Shown: piece after piece, positions 1 to 13,700 of the stretch | Numbering within the stretch: position 1 is the first letter of the stretch | How the letters are laid out: each line of letters opens with the position of its first letter | NCBI GenBank assembly: GCA_051453625.1 | Contig: JBOZIK010000001.1 | Span: 34,086,663-34,150,662, forward strand | DNA: 64,000 bases | Direction: 5' to 3' | DNA from: Welwitschia mirabilis | Taxonomy: Eukaryota | Position numbers and translations under genes: made by a program | Notes under the pieces: model-generated | Told to the model about the DNA's origin: nothing | What the model saw: only the letters and a program-made list of their open reading frames with translations | Database searches by the model: none

Positions 1-3000
1 TACATGATCTATGTAAAAATTGGTGTGGAAGCAAAGAATATAGTATCTAAGATGATTAAGGAAAAAGATGATGACAAGAATTTTTCTTTCAATAGTAGTA
101 TAGTTGGATTGGACTTTAGGTAAAATTTTACTAATATAAAATATGACTTTAAAACCATTTTCATATTTTTGACAAAAAAACCCCACCTATAATAATGTTG
201 CTTACATCACACATGAGTTTAAAATCTTATAGATTTAGAAGAAATGTTATCCTTAAGTATATCAAGAGCAAGTTATAATGATTTATTCTAATCAAATTTA
301 GCATCTTTTTTAAGTAATGAGTAAAAGACTTTCTAAACCTTAGCATAGTCATAAATAAAATAACAATATAAACCAGCATGATCAAGGAATGATCTAATTT
401 TTTTAACATTGATTGAAGGGCTAAGGTTTTTAATGATACCAAATTTTATAGGGTCCATCTTAATCCCTTCATTAGAAATAAGATGATCTAAAATGATTCC
501 ATTATTGATAAGAAGGAAAACTTTTTTCCCCATCTCAAGTATAGATCGCTTTTTATACATCGACTTAAGACTTTCTTTAATATTTCTATTATTCATTCAA
601 AATTTTCACCAAATATGGAGAAGTCATTCATAAAGATTCAATAAAATCCTTTATCATATTAGAAAAGTTCCAATCATTACTCATTGAAAAGTCCTAAGGG
701 CATTGCAAAGTTTAAAAGACATTCATTTAAATGTAAAGGTTCTAAAAGATAAGGTAAAATTTGTTTTTGCTTAGTGTTCACTTGCTATGCATCCTTGATT
801 GTAGCTATTATACCCATCGAGAAAATAATAGTAGGCATAACCTTGGATTATATTAAGCATTTGATCAAGAAAGGGTAAAGCGTAATGATCCTTTTTATTA
901 ACATCATTAATTTTTCTAAAATTGATGCACATTCTTCATTTCTTAGATTTTTTTGAAACTTCTATCAAAGGACTAATCCATTCACTATTGGATATAGCAT
1001 ATATTATCCCATTATCCATAAGTTTAATAATTTCATATTTAACTACTTGCTTAAGGGCTAGGTTGAGCCTTTGTTAGGGATGGTAACCAAGTCTTTATGG
1101 GTCTAAGAAAAAGCATCTTCTTTAGAGGTTAAAAGGAATATTAAGTTATATTCTTGTTTATGAGTAAGAAGGTTACTTATTATCAAAGGTTTCTTCAGAT
1201 TATTAGAAAAAAAAAATATATTTCAATTCCTTCAGTAACTCCTATAGCTTTAGATTGAAATTTTCACTTTTCATTCTGTCTATCATTAGGATGATAGACA
1301 TGGGATGACACTTATTAAAAAGGTTTTCTATTAAGTANNNNNNNNNNNNNNNNNNNNNNNNNNNNNNNNNNNNNNNNNNNNNNNNNNNNNNNNNNNNNNN
1401 NNNNNNNNNNNNNNNNNNNNNNNNNNNNNNNNNNNNNTACTCATTGGAAAGTCCCAAGGACATTGCAAAGTTCAAAAGAAATTCATTTAAAGGTAAAGGT
1501 TCTAAAAGATAAGGTAAAATTTGTTTTTGCTTAGTGTTCACTTGTTATGCATCCTTGATTGTAGCCATTATACCCATCGAGAAAATAATAGTAGGCATAA
1601 CCTTGGATTATACTAAGCACTTGATCAAGAAAGGGTAAAGGATAATGATTCTTTTTATTAACATCATTAAGTTTTCTAAAATTGATGCACATTCTCCATT
1701 TCTTAGACGTTTTTGAAACTTCTATCAAAGGGCTAATCCACTCACTATTGGATATAGCATATATTATCCCAGTATTCATAAGTTTAATAATTTCATATTT
1801 AACTACTTACTTAAGGGCTAGGTTGAGCCTTTGTTAGGGTTATCTAATAGGTTTAACATTATCCTCAAGGTAAAGTTTATGTTGGACTATGGAAAAAGGG
1901 ATGGTAACCAAGTCTTTATGGGTCCAAGAAAAAGCATATTCTTTAGAAGTTGAAAAGAATATTAAGTTAGATTCTTATATAGGAGTAAGAAGGTTACTTA
2001 TTATCAAAGGTTTCTTTAGATTATTAGAAAAAAAATATTTCAATTCCTTCAGTAAATCCTTTAGTTTTAGATTGAAATTTTCACTTGTCATTCTGTCTAT
2101 CATGGGGATGATAGACATGGGACGACACTTTTCAAAAAGGTTTTCTATTAAGTAAACATGTTGGGTTTCCTCCTAGTTGAAATATTCCTCATCCTCATGC
2201 TCAAGACAGTGTATTTCAATTAGATCATCCTATAAAGTTGTTTCAAGTAGCATTTTCAATCTTTCTTTAATTGGGTAATGTTGTAAAAATAAGTTGGTTC
2301 AAGTTCTTCTTATAAGTTAAACTCATTTATGTTTTTCAGTAGCATTAAAAACTCAAATGATAAACTTCTTATTACCTATATAACATTATATCATTCCAGT
2401 CTATGTGTCAATGATACATTTAGCAATTTCACAAAAGGCTCTTCTTAAAAGTAGTAAATAATTCCATCATGTTTTACCTCAATGATGACTACATCGATGG
2501 GGTAAAATGCTTCTTGTATTTGAATGACTAGTTCCTTAATAATTCTTAAGTATTTTGTAATTGAGGTATTAGGCAATTCCAAGATAATTCATGTAGGTTT
2601 TATTCTATTCTCTAACCCAAGTCTTTTACATATCTAATGAGGCATGATATTTACATTAGCTTCTATATCAATTAAAGCTTTTTTTATTTTTTTAATTTCC
2701 TTCCAAAGTAATACTCACTATTGTTGCCATAGGCTCTTTTAATTTAGGATAATTTTCCATGATTAAGTTGGGAATTGATTGAGCAAGAAAAATTTTACTA
2801 GGAATGGTACATTTTTGTTTTCTTCTTACTAGGTCTTTTTACAACTTAAAGTATTTAGGGTTTTCTTACAGGAGTTTCCAAAAAGATAAGTTTCTGTTTA
2901 CTCTTTAAATTAATATTTTCAAGTGCTCATCATAGGTAAGATTTGTGTTTAACCTATCAAGCTAAGGAGTAAATGGTTTCTTCCCTTTGTTTTCCTATAA

Positions 3001-4450
3001 AGAATGTTTAATTGTGGGTTTAGCATGTGATGTTGAGGGAAAGTTATATGTTTTCAAAATTTGTACATCATCTTCTTTATTACTTTTTTCATTGTTTTTG
3101 GAAGTTAAAACCTCATAGGTAGGAGGTGTTATATCATTTTCACTTATTGTTTCTACCTTAAAATCCCTCTTAACTTTATTTGAGTTAGGTAAAGATTGAG
3201 ATGCAATAGACCCTTGTGGTATTTGATTAGCAAGCATCATTTGTTAAAACACATTGACTAAGTTTTCAATATTATTATTAGTCTTTTTAATATTATTTTT
3301 AATCATTTCTTGCATCTTTTTTAATTCTTCTATGGAATCTCTAAGTGGATCATTTTGATTTGGTTGAAAATTAAGGTTATTTGATTAAAAGTTTAAATTC
3401 CTGAATCTATTCTTAAAAGGTTTCTATTGTGATTGTCCACCTAATATTTGTTGAAATTATGGTTGAATTTTAAAGTTAGGTATTCTTTGGTTGAATGCAC
3501 ATACTGCCTCAAACATCCTTATTTACAAGTTGACAATAAGGAACACTCTTTAATTAGTGAGAGTTATCTTCACAAATAGCACATGTTGAAATTGTGTTTT
3601 TATTTTTTTACTACATTTATATCAACTATCATTTGAGTGTACCTCTTCAAAGTGGTAGTAAAATTATTAATAAGTTGGTTGAGTCACCTTTTTTTCCTTT
3701 CTTGTCATGTTTTACTTCTTTGAATATTTTATGATTTGACCTATAGATTAATTTTGCTTAGTGGATTTTGGCCAAGTTTGATTTATCTGTTCTAGATTTT
3801 CCAAACATTCCATGCATTCTTTAAGACTAAGTTCATCAAGTTTCCATCAAAATAAAAGTCTACAAGTTGTTTAGTTTGACTAGTTAATCCACTATAGAAA
3901 TAATTTACCAATTCTTCTTTAGAGAATTTATCAATAAGATTCAAATGAATAGATATGATAAAATGCTCATAAGTTATGGCATAATCTTCATGAGGTTGTT
4001 TTTGAAAGTTGGTAACTTCCTTTCTTCTTTTTCTCATGGTACTTTCACTAAAAATATTTTAATAAAAGCTACTTATGCTTGACTTCATAATTTAAAACTC
4101 TTACATGGCATGGTTTTTAAGCCAAAGTTTTGCCTTTTCTCTAAGTGTGACTAGAAAGATAATAATATAAGTATGACTTCTAATGTGTTTCTTCCCATTT
4201 CATAAGGTAAGTATAAGTTATTCAATATCAGCTAGATGTTGGAAAGGTTCTTCCCCAAGTTTCCTTAAAAATATTGGATAGGCACTAAAGTTTTTTAATT
4301 CTACATCATCACTAGTAGCTAAAGTAAAAGGATTTTGGATTTCATATTTTCTTTTAACAATTAAATCTCTAAGTATAATATTTACATTCAAATTTGAAGT
4401 TCTTATCAAGATTGGCATATTAGATGAAGTGACTTATTTTTGTTTTTACA
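1..4450 (-). pseudogene. Element A gag-pol remnant (gag, aspartic protease, RT, RNase H)
   Basis: ORF fragments 1531-1779 (RT N-terminal motifs), 333-596 (GIILDHLISNEGIKMDP...VKKIRSFLDHAGLY), 3792-4037 and 4218-4418 (gag: LVNYFYSGL..., PIF...GEEPFQHL). Confidence 0.88.
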
Positions 4451-5247
4451 AGGATTTTGACGTAGATGAAGAAGAAATGACATGATCTACTTTTATAATA
4501 TTATTTTTACAATTTTATTTTGCAGAATCTTATTTTAAAATAATAAAAGCAAAAAATTCCTCTTCTTTAATTCTTGTAATTTGCATACTTAGAATGTACA
4601 TACCTAGATTTTTCACTAAGTTGAATAACACTTCTCTGATATTTTCTTTAATCAAGTTCTGCTCTCTGTAATATTTTGTCTTTTTACTAGAATTCATCAT
4701 GTCCTTACATACTTCAAATAATACATAAAAACTGAAATAAAAAGCAACTAACTATCATCCACCTAGTTGTGGGGACAATGAGAGTGATAATGATAACNNN
4801 NNNNNNNNNNNNNNNNNNNNNNNNNNNNNNNNNNNNNNNNNNNNNNNNNNNNNNNNNNNNNNNNNNNNNNNNNNNNNNNNNNNNNNNNNNNNNNNNNATA
4901 TTAGAAAACTAAAATCAAAGAAAAATTACTGTAACTAAACAAACTAGTTATCATCCAGCCTATTATGCGAATGATAAAGAAGACGACAATATTGTTATTA
5001 CTGTTGTTTGATAGAAAGAAAATTTTTCAAAAAGTAAATAAACTTTAAAATCTAGACTATTGTTTCTAGTTTTGTGAAGATGATAGAAAGGACAACAGTG
5101 AATTTTTTTAACTATGAAAAATGAAAATTACCAAAATAAACCTACTAAGATATAAATAAAAATACAATACTATTTTAAATAAATAACCTAAACTAAAATT
5201 TGATGTACTTATCTAGATAGTAATAATCCTTCAACTCCTTACGGCCT

Positions 5248-5265
5248 TCTCTGATAATAGTACTA
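5248..5265 (-). promoter_or_regulatory. Primer-binding site of element A (tRNA-Asp type, deaminated)
   Basis: Plus strand tctctgataatagtacta versus the reverse complement of the Athila PBS consensus, tccccggcaacggcgcca. There are 9 differences, all C>T or G>A. It lies 3 nt from the LTR end. Confidence 0.7.
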
Positions 5266-5268
5266 AAA

Positions 5269-6524
5269 TATTACAGTGTAAATTTATGTAATCTTTAAGT
5301 CCTTAGGCAAAAATCTATAAATCATGATACTTGTTGAAAACACATATTAATATAAATGGAAGTTAATCCAAATGTGGTAATCTATTGAAGGTACTAAGCT
5401 AGAAGTTAGAGAATTGATTTCAAAAAGTATTTTAGTCTTTTTTATTTTNNNNNNNNNNNNNNNNNNNNNNNNNNNNNNNNNNNNNNNNNNNNNNNNNNNN
5501 NNNNNNNNNNNNNNNNNNNNNNNNNNNNNNNNNNNNNNNNNNNNNNNNNNNNNNNNNNNNNNNNNNNNNNNNNNNNNNNNNNNNNNNNNNNNNNNNNNNN
5601 NNNNNNNNNNNNNNNNNNNNNNNNNNNNNNNNNNNNNNNNNNNNNNNNNNNNNNNNNNNNNNNNNNNNNNNNTAAAATAGAATGCAATTCAAAATATAAA
5701 CTAACAAAGTTAACCTTAACAAAGGTTGCCCTTATGATCTAAATAAACTTATGGAATTATTACCAAATCATAATAAACTTAAACCATAAGCGACATTTAT
5801 CCAATAGGAGTGAAACTTATAATTGAATTAATTACCAACTTTATATCCACTTGCAACAAAGTAGAAGAACCTCAATGAAGGATACTCAACCCAATACTAA
5901 GGTAAACATCTTTCTATAGCTACTGGATGGACCTATGATCCTTCAATCTTCCATCATAAGAATATCCAGTACAAAAGATGGAAATGAAAGTGAAGAAAAG
6001 GAAGGGTATTTATAGTTTTATATTGAAGTTCTAGAAGCTCAACCCTAAGAGTTAGAGGAAAAACCATAGCAACCTATATGGATGTAGTGACCCCATTACA
6101 AAGATAAGTCTTTTTGTCCATACAAAAATAGGTGTCATCCTGAGTATTATGGGGAAGACAATAGAGATGATACTCCATAACAAAAGGTCATGCATTAGCT
6201 TCAAGCCCTGTTGTCAACTCCATAGATCTAATTCATCTTAGCAATGTTGTCTTCCTACCTATCATGGAGATGACAGACGGGATAATAGGCCTCTCTATCT
6301 TCTAGCTTAAAGGGAAATCAATCTTCTGCATGGTTAATTTTTCCTTTAAGGAATAAAGTATTAAAATAAGCTTGAGATGACTTCAAATATGCTAAGAATT
6401 ACATGTTTTATTGAACATTTTATCAACTCTTTATAATTGTCGTAATTGCATCCAAACCTATATAAATGTCCTATAAAAATACTCAAAATACACCATTAAA
6501 TCCATATAAATTGGCATCAGAACA
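5269..6524 (-). repeat. 5' LTR of element A (~1.26 kb; terminal part re-assembled again at ~7010-7527)
   Basis: The end ...caccattaaatccatataaattggcatcagaaca matches the reverse complement of the start of D's LTR (30914 tgttgcgatgtcaaattgtatg). Length is the same as D's LTR. Confidence 0.8.
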
Positions 6525-9500
6525 CTCTGCTTGCTCGACCTTTGATGCTATCAATGGACTTTCCTCCTGATCAATAGCCTCACCTTCTACCTTGGCCTAT
6601 CTAGTTTCACATGTGCATCTCCTATTTCAACATAAATATGAAAAAAGTATCATACTAAATCAAGTGTAAAACTCTAAGATGTGTCATATGGAAGCTCAAA
6701 ATGACTCCATAAATTGGTTTTTAATGTATACAATTTGTAAAATATGTATTTTCTCCCTTTCAAAGGTATCAATACATCCTATATTTTCTAGTTCTATGAA
6801 AAAATTTGAAATACATTAAAAAAGTTAAAAACTGTAAATTGAGGTGGGCCCCACATAAGGTAAAAATGAAAGTGCTCAAATGAAAAATCTAATCCATTAG
6901 AAATGNNNNNNNNNNNNNNNNNNNNNNNNNNNNNNNNNNNNNNNNNNNNNNNNNNNNNNNNNNNNNNNNNNNNNNNNNNNNNNNNNNNNNNNNNNNNNNN
7001 NNNNNACCTCTGATTAATTTTATATTGAAGTTCTAGAATCTTAACCCTAAGAGTTAGAGAAAAATCCCTAGCAACCTATATGGGATGCAGTGACCCCATT
7101 ACAAAGATAAGACTTTTCGTCCATACAAAAATAGGTGTCATCCTGAGTGTTATGGGGAAGACAATGGAGATGATACTCCAAAACAAAAGGTCATGCATTA
7201 GCTTCAAGCCCTTTTGTCAACTCCATAGATCTAATTAATCTTAGAAATGTTGTCTTCCTACCTATCATGGAGATGACAGAGGGGATAATAGGCCTCTCTA
7301 TCTTCTAGCTCAAAGGGAAATCAATCTTCTGCATGGTTAATTTTTTCTTTAAGGCATAAAGTATTAAAATAAGCCTAATGTGACTTCAAATATGCTAAGA
7401 ATTACATGTTTTAGTAAACATTTTATCAACTCTTTATAATTTTCATAATTGCATCCAAACTTATATAAATGTCTTGTAAAAATACTCAAAATACACCATT
7501 AAATTCCTATAAATTGGCATCAGAACACTCTGCTTTCTCGACCTTTGATGATACTAATGGACTTGCCTCCTGATCAATAGCCTCTTCTTCTACCTTGTCC
7601 TATCTAGTTCTACATGTGCATGGCCTATTTCAACATAAATATAAAAAAAGTATCATACTAAATCAAGTGTAAATCTCTAAGATGTATCATATGGAAGCTC
7701 AAAATGACTCCATAAATTGGTTTTTGATGTGTACAATTTGTAAAATATGTATTTTCTCCCTTTCAAAAGTATCAATACATCCTATATTTCCTAGTTCTAT
7801 GAAAAAAATTTGAAATACATTAAAAAAGTTAAAAACTGTAAATTGAGGTGGACCCCACATAAGGTAAAATGAAAGTGCTCAAATGAAAAATCTAATCCAT
7901 TATAAATGTGGAGCAAATTATACTAATCAATTTTCATTTAGTGATAACTATGTTTCAACTTATAACTTATGAGATAAAATGTGTAAAGTTAAAAACCTAA
8001 TTCTACCTCATAAAGTGCACAATTTATTATTACTTGTAAAATATGCAGTGAAAACTAGATCTGTAAGTCCCAAATTAAAGAGCACTAAAAAGTAGATAAT
8101 CACATGGAAACTACATGTTGAAAGGGTCAAAAATTAAAGAAAGTTTTTTTAAAAAAATAAGGAAGAGAAAAACATATCTCATTTTGCAAAATCTAGTGAA
8201 ATCTACAAATCTGGGTACTAATTTGATTAAGAAAAGTTTTAGCACATTGGTAGGGACCAATGGCACTATTGTCTCTTAAGAGAATGGGCAGAAACAATAG
8301 AGAATGAAATAAAAATAAGGAAGAAGATCTTAAGGCATGATTTTATTACACTATCATTTGATCACATTGTCTAGACGAGAGCCTTAGAACGACTATTAAA
8401 ATAAATTTCATTGGAATCCTCTAGTATCATCTAGATGATGAGGTGGATGATGATACTTTAAAAAATTTTAGAAACATTGAGATGTCAACTAAATAAGTTA
8501 GACTCATATATTAGCATGAAGGTATCAGTATGTATCAAAAAGCTTGAAAAATTGGAAATAGTGAAGATTTATGACAAATGAGAATGATGAGAAAAGCTTT
8601 AAAGGAATTAAAGAATAAGGCAATGAAAATGCACTAAGTAGGATGAAAGATATCAAAGAAGAAACTTAACAAATATGTTCAAACTAAAAAATAAGCCTAA
8701 AAAATGTAAAACTCCAAAAGACTTAAAGGAATCCTAAAAAAATCATAAAAATCATGCTAAAATAAAATCAACTTTTGAGTAATAAGAATGACATGAATAA
8801 TAACAAGAAAACTACTGAATGATAAGGTCCTAAATTATGATAAAAAAGTATGAAAACAACTTTGTAATAATAAACTAAAGAATCAAAGAAAAGTAAAACA
8901 AAAATGAACATAAAGAACATGAAAAATATATCTTACCTACCCTAAATTTTAACCTAGCAAACCCTCTTGGAAGACATCATAAAGCCACCTAAGTAAAAAT
9001 GCATAATAAAATGTGTTAACTCTAGAAAGTTTCACTTGATAAGGTAGTGATTATGATGACATAAAAGACTAAGTACTTAGAGTAATGAATGATACGATCA
9101 AAAGCTGCTCAGAAATAAACTAACCTACTCACACCCCAAACACACTGGATCTTCAAAAGTGATCCTATGGGAATACTAAGAGTCTAACAAATAAGCAATT
9201 CCTCTAATGATACCAAAAACGTCATTGATCTAGTATACTTAAAGTTTTATTACCACTTTTCATGATGAAGGGAGTAAAGCCATATTTATAGAAGTAAGAA
9301 CCCATAAAACATGGCCAACTAACCCCAAGTGAAGTTCCTATAGCTACTAACACTGCTAAAGATTCCTTTTAGAAAAATTTACCTTAGTGTGATNNNNNNN
9401 NNNNNNNNNNNNNNNNNNNNNNNNNNNNNNNNNNNNNNNNNNNNNNNNNNNNNNNNNNNNNNNNNNNNNNNNNNNNNNNNNNNNNNNNNNNNNTAGTGTG

Positions 9501-10719
9501 ATATGACATCATATTAACCATTTATTTTATCATAAATATAATACATTTTAACCATTATATATTTATATATTCTTTTTATCACAAAAATAATAATCACACA
9601 CTCAAAAAGATGAAGGTGAATAAGTGAGATAAAAGATATAAAAGAATACACTTAAACAACCCAAGACGTTATACCATTGAAAAAAAACATAAGAACTAAG
9701 ACTCCTTCCTTCAAAATAAAGTTCATAGATATGTGAATGTCTTAATATTAGGTAAATCTAATCTTATTACTATAAAAATGCTTAAGTACAAATACTAGTC
9801 ATAAAAANNNNNNNNNNNNNNNNNNNNNNNNNNNNNNNNNNNNNNNNNNNNNNNNNNNNNNNNNNNNNNNNNNNNNNNNNNNNNNNNNNNNNNNNNNNNN
9901 NNNNNNNNNNNNNNNNNNNNNNNNNNNNNNNNNNNNNNNNNNNNNNNNNNNNNNNNNNNNNNNNNNNNNNNNNNNNNNNNNNNNNNNNNNNNNNNNNNNN
10001 NNNNNNNNNNNNNNNNNNNNNNNNNNNNNNNNNNNNNNNNNNNNNNNNNNNNNNNNNNNNNNNNNNNNNNNNNNNNNNNNNNNNNNNNNNNNNNNNNNNN
10101 NNNNNNNNNNNNNNNNNNNNNNNNNNNNNNNNNNNNNNNNNNNNNNNNNNNNNNNNNNNNNNNNNNNNNNNNNNNNNNNNNNNNNNNNNNNNNNNNNNNN
10201 NNNNNNNNNNNNNNNNNNNNNNNNNNNNNNNNNNNNNNNNNNNNNNNNNNNNNNNNNNNNNNNNNNNNNNNNNNNNNNNNNNNNNNNNNNNNNNNNNNNN
10301 NNNNNNNNNNNNNNNNNNNNNNNNNNNNNNNNNNNNNNNNNNNNNNNNNNNNNNNNNNNNNNNNNNNNNNNNNNNNNNNNNNNNNNNNNNNNNNNNNNNN
10401 NNNNNNNNNNNNNNNNNNNNNNNNNNNNNNNNNNNNNNNNNNNNNNNNNNNNNNNNNNNNNNNNNNNNNNNNNNNNNNNNNNNNNNNNNNNNTATAATCT
10501 TATTACTATAAAAATGCTTAAGTACAAATACTAGTCATAAAAACTTCATAAAGTAAATACATGAATCAAGTTTAAAAGATGATCAAGTGGTATTATAACA
10601 TCCACCAAAGAAATAAGCTAAGAGAGAATTCAGAAAATGGTAGGGTAAAAGCTATTTCCATTAAGGGAAACCTCCAAAATAATTACTTCTATCATGTTCA
10701 AGGTTGCATTAAAAGGTTT

Positions 10720-13700
10720 TTATATATTTTCAACCTTTGTCGATTTACTTTCTAAATCTTCGTAGTATCTAAGTTAGAAATCCAAATGGAGTTATTAGAA
10801 TGTACTTTCTCTATAATATAAGAACCTAACCATTTAAAGGTCAATTTGTTATATAAAGATGTACTCTAATATTATATAAAAGAACAAGTTTATTAGGTTC
10901 AAACTTCTTATGAAGTAAGTTTTATCATGTTTGAACTTAGCTTGGGCTTTGTAAGTTAGTTAATGATATATAGCATGAGTATTTTTATTATCTAGATGAT
11001 CAAGTTGGGATATTATATTTTTAAGATTTACATGAAGATCTATAAGATTAAGTTAATAAGAAGAATGATAAAAGTTATAACACACATCAATAGGTAAAAC
11101 ACAAACTTTTTGATATATAATCTCATAAGGTGAAAAACTAAGAGAATTATGCCAAGAATATGATAAGCCCAAAAAACATATTTAAGATTAAAATCCTAAT
11201 ATTTCTTATTAACAAAAATAAGTTTTTATAGAATTTTTTCATTTCTCTATTTGCATTTTCATCTTAACCATTGGTTTGTGAATGATAAGCAAAAGCTACT
11301 CTATATTTAATTCCAATAGATAAAAGAATTTTCCTAAAATATTAATTTATAAAATTAGTTACTTGGTCACTAGTTATAATCCTAAAAAGATCAAAATATT
11401 AAAAAAATATAAGTTTTAGAAAAAGTACAAACATCTAGGGCATCATTCATAGAAGTAGGAATAGCTTTAATTCATTTAGTAATATAATCAATAGCCACTA
11501 AGATGTAGTACTTATCATTAGAAGGTGGTTTAATAAGATTTATAAAATTAATTTTCTAAATATTAAAATGTTTGTAATCAAGAATAGGTTTAAGGGGTAT
11601 CTTTTAAAAATTAATAAGGCTACCATAATGTTGGCAAGCATCGCACCTTCTAGCAAAATCAAAAGAGTCTTAAAAAAGACTGGGTTAATAAAAATCAAAG
11701 TGAAGAACTTTTATAGCTATTTTCTATTTATTAAAATGATCTCCATAAGCATCATCATGGTAAAGATGAAGGATGTCTTATTTTTCTATTCGGGCATACA
11801 TTTTCTCATGGTTTGGTCATTGCACCTATGGTAAAGATGTGGTTCTATCCATTNNNNNNNNNNNNNNNNNNNNNNNAAAGATTTTCTTTAATTATGAGCC
11901 TAATGCTATGGTGTTTTCATGGAAACAATATAATTAACTATGTCAGCATACTAAAGAGGATAATAAGTAGAAGATATGATAAAAAATTATTTATCTAGAA
12001 AAGAATCATTAATCATAAGCTTATTAAGAGAAGACAAAAGATGTGACAAGTGATCTTTCTGCTTTATCAATGATAGTTAAATTAAATTCTTACATGAGAA
12101 GGATCCATTTAATAAGTTTAGCACTAGAATCATTTTTTATTATAAGGTATCTAATCACTACATTATTAGTTTAAATATTTGTATGAAAGCCTAAATAATA
12201 GTATCTAAGTATATTAAGGTAAAAGATTATTGCTAATATTTCTTTCTCAGAAAGAGTGTAATTCATTTGAGATTTAGACAAAGTTTTACTATGATAAGAT
12301 ATAACCTTAAAATCATTTTCATATTTTTATTCAAGAAACCCATCCATGGTAATATTACTAACATTATACATTAACTCAAAATCTTTATTTCAATTGGGTC
12401 TTATTATAATAGGTGTGAAAGAGATTTTAAGTGTTTCAAAAGTAAGCTGACAAGATTCATTCCAATCAAATTTAGCTTTTTTTCAAGTAAGGAGTAAAGG
12501 GATTTAAAAATTTTAGTATAATCCTAAATACATCAATGATACAAATCACAGTGATGAAGAAAAAATAAAACTTGTTTTGCATTTGTTAGAGGAGTTAAGT
12601 TTTTAATGATGCTTACTTTTTTAGAATCCATCCTTATTCCTTCACTAGAAATGTAGTAACCAAAAATAATTCCATTATCAACTAAAAAAAAATATTTTTC
12701 CAACTTAAATGTAGGCCACTGTCAATGCATCTATTAAGGACTTTCTCTAATATTTCTAAGATTTTCTTAAAGTTTTCATTATAGATTGAGAAATCATCGA
12801 TAAAAATTTCAATTAAATCCTCTAACATATTAGAAAAGATACCCATCATAATTTTAAAAAGTTCCAAGAGCATTGTAAAGTCCAAAAGGCATGTTTCTAA
12901 ATGCAAAGATTTCAAAAGGTGAAGTAGAAGTAGTTTTAACTTAATTCTCACTAGTGACACATGCTTGATTGTAATCACTATACCCATCAAGTAAGAAATA
13001 AAAGGCATATCCTTAAATTTTATCAAGTATCTAGTTAACGAAAGTTAAAGGACAATGTTATTCTTGGTTACTTCATTTAGTTTTCTAAAATTAATACATA
13101 TTCTTTACTTTTCACCTTTCTTAGGAACTATCAGATATGACATTAATAAATCTAAAATCTATTAATTTAATGATTTCATCCTTTATAACTTGTTTAAGGG
13201 ATGGATTTAATCTATGTTAAGTTTTCTAATAGGTTTTACATTATCTTCAAGGTAAATTTTATATTAAAAAATGAAGATAGGAATGGCTATTAAGTCTTTA
13301 TGGGATCAAGCAAATGCATTAACCTTAAGATTCAAAAGTAAGATTAAAATTAACTCTTACTAAGAAGATAGATACTTAGTTATTATTAAAGGTTTGTTCT
13401 GATTATCACATAGAAAGATGTATTTCAGTCTACTAGATAACGATTTTATATTTAAATTTAGATTTTTTTAATTAAATTTTTATTGAAATTAACTGTTGTC
13501 TTAGACTATCATCTGGATGATTGGGATGGATGACCTCTCTTAAAATAAGAAATCTTAGTTTTGTTTAGATTTTAGACTTTTACAAAGTTTATAGTTTTAA
13601 TGTTTCTACTCTCTTGATTAAAATAGTTAGTTCCCAAATTCTCATAGTCAAGTTAATCATCATTAAAATCTTTTAAGTTCTTTATTTCAAGTGAATCATC

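Larger units (their letters stand above)
1..6524 (-). mobile_element. Element A: degenerate Ty3/gypsy (Athila-like) LTR retrotransposon, 3' part runs out of the window
   Basis: Minus-strand order is LTR (5269-6524), PBS (5248-5265), gag (~2800-4450), protease (~2400-2800), RT (~330-1850), RNase H (~1-250). RT fragments include SEWISPL..V.K...KWRMCINFRKLN....K.HYPLPFLDQVL...GY.YY.FLDGYNGYNQ. Many stops and frameshifts. Confidence 0.9.

Noticed and set aside
6010..7908. Apparent tandem LTR duplication or extra element
   Set aside because: The copies sit on either side of a 100-N gap and both include the same LTR/host junction. This is best explained as uncollapsed haplotypes.
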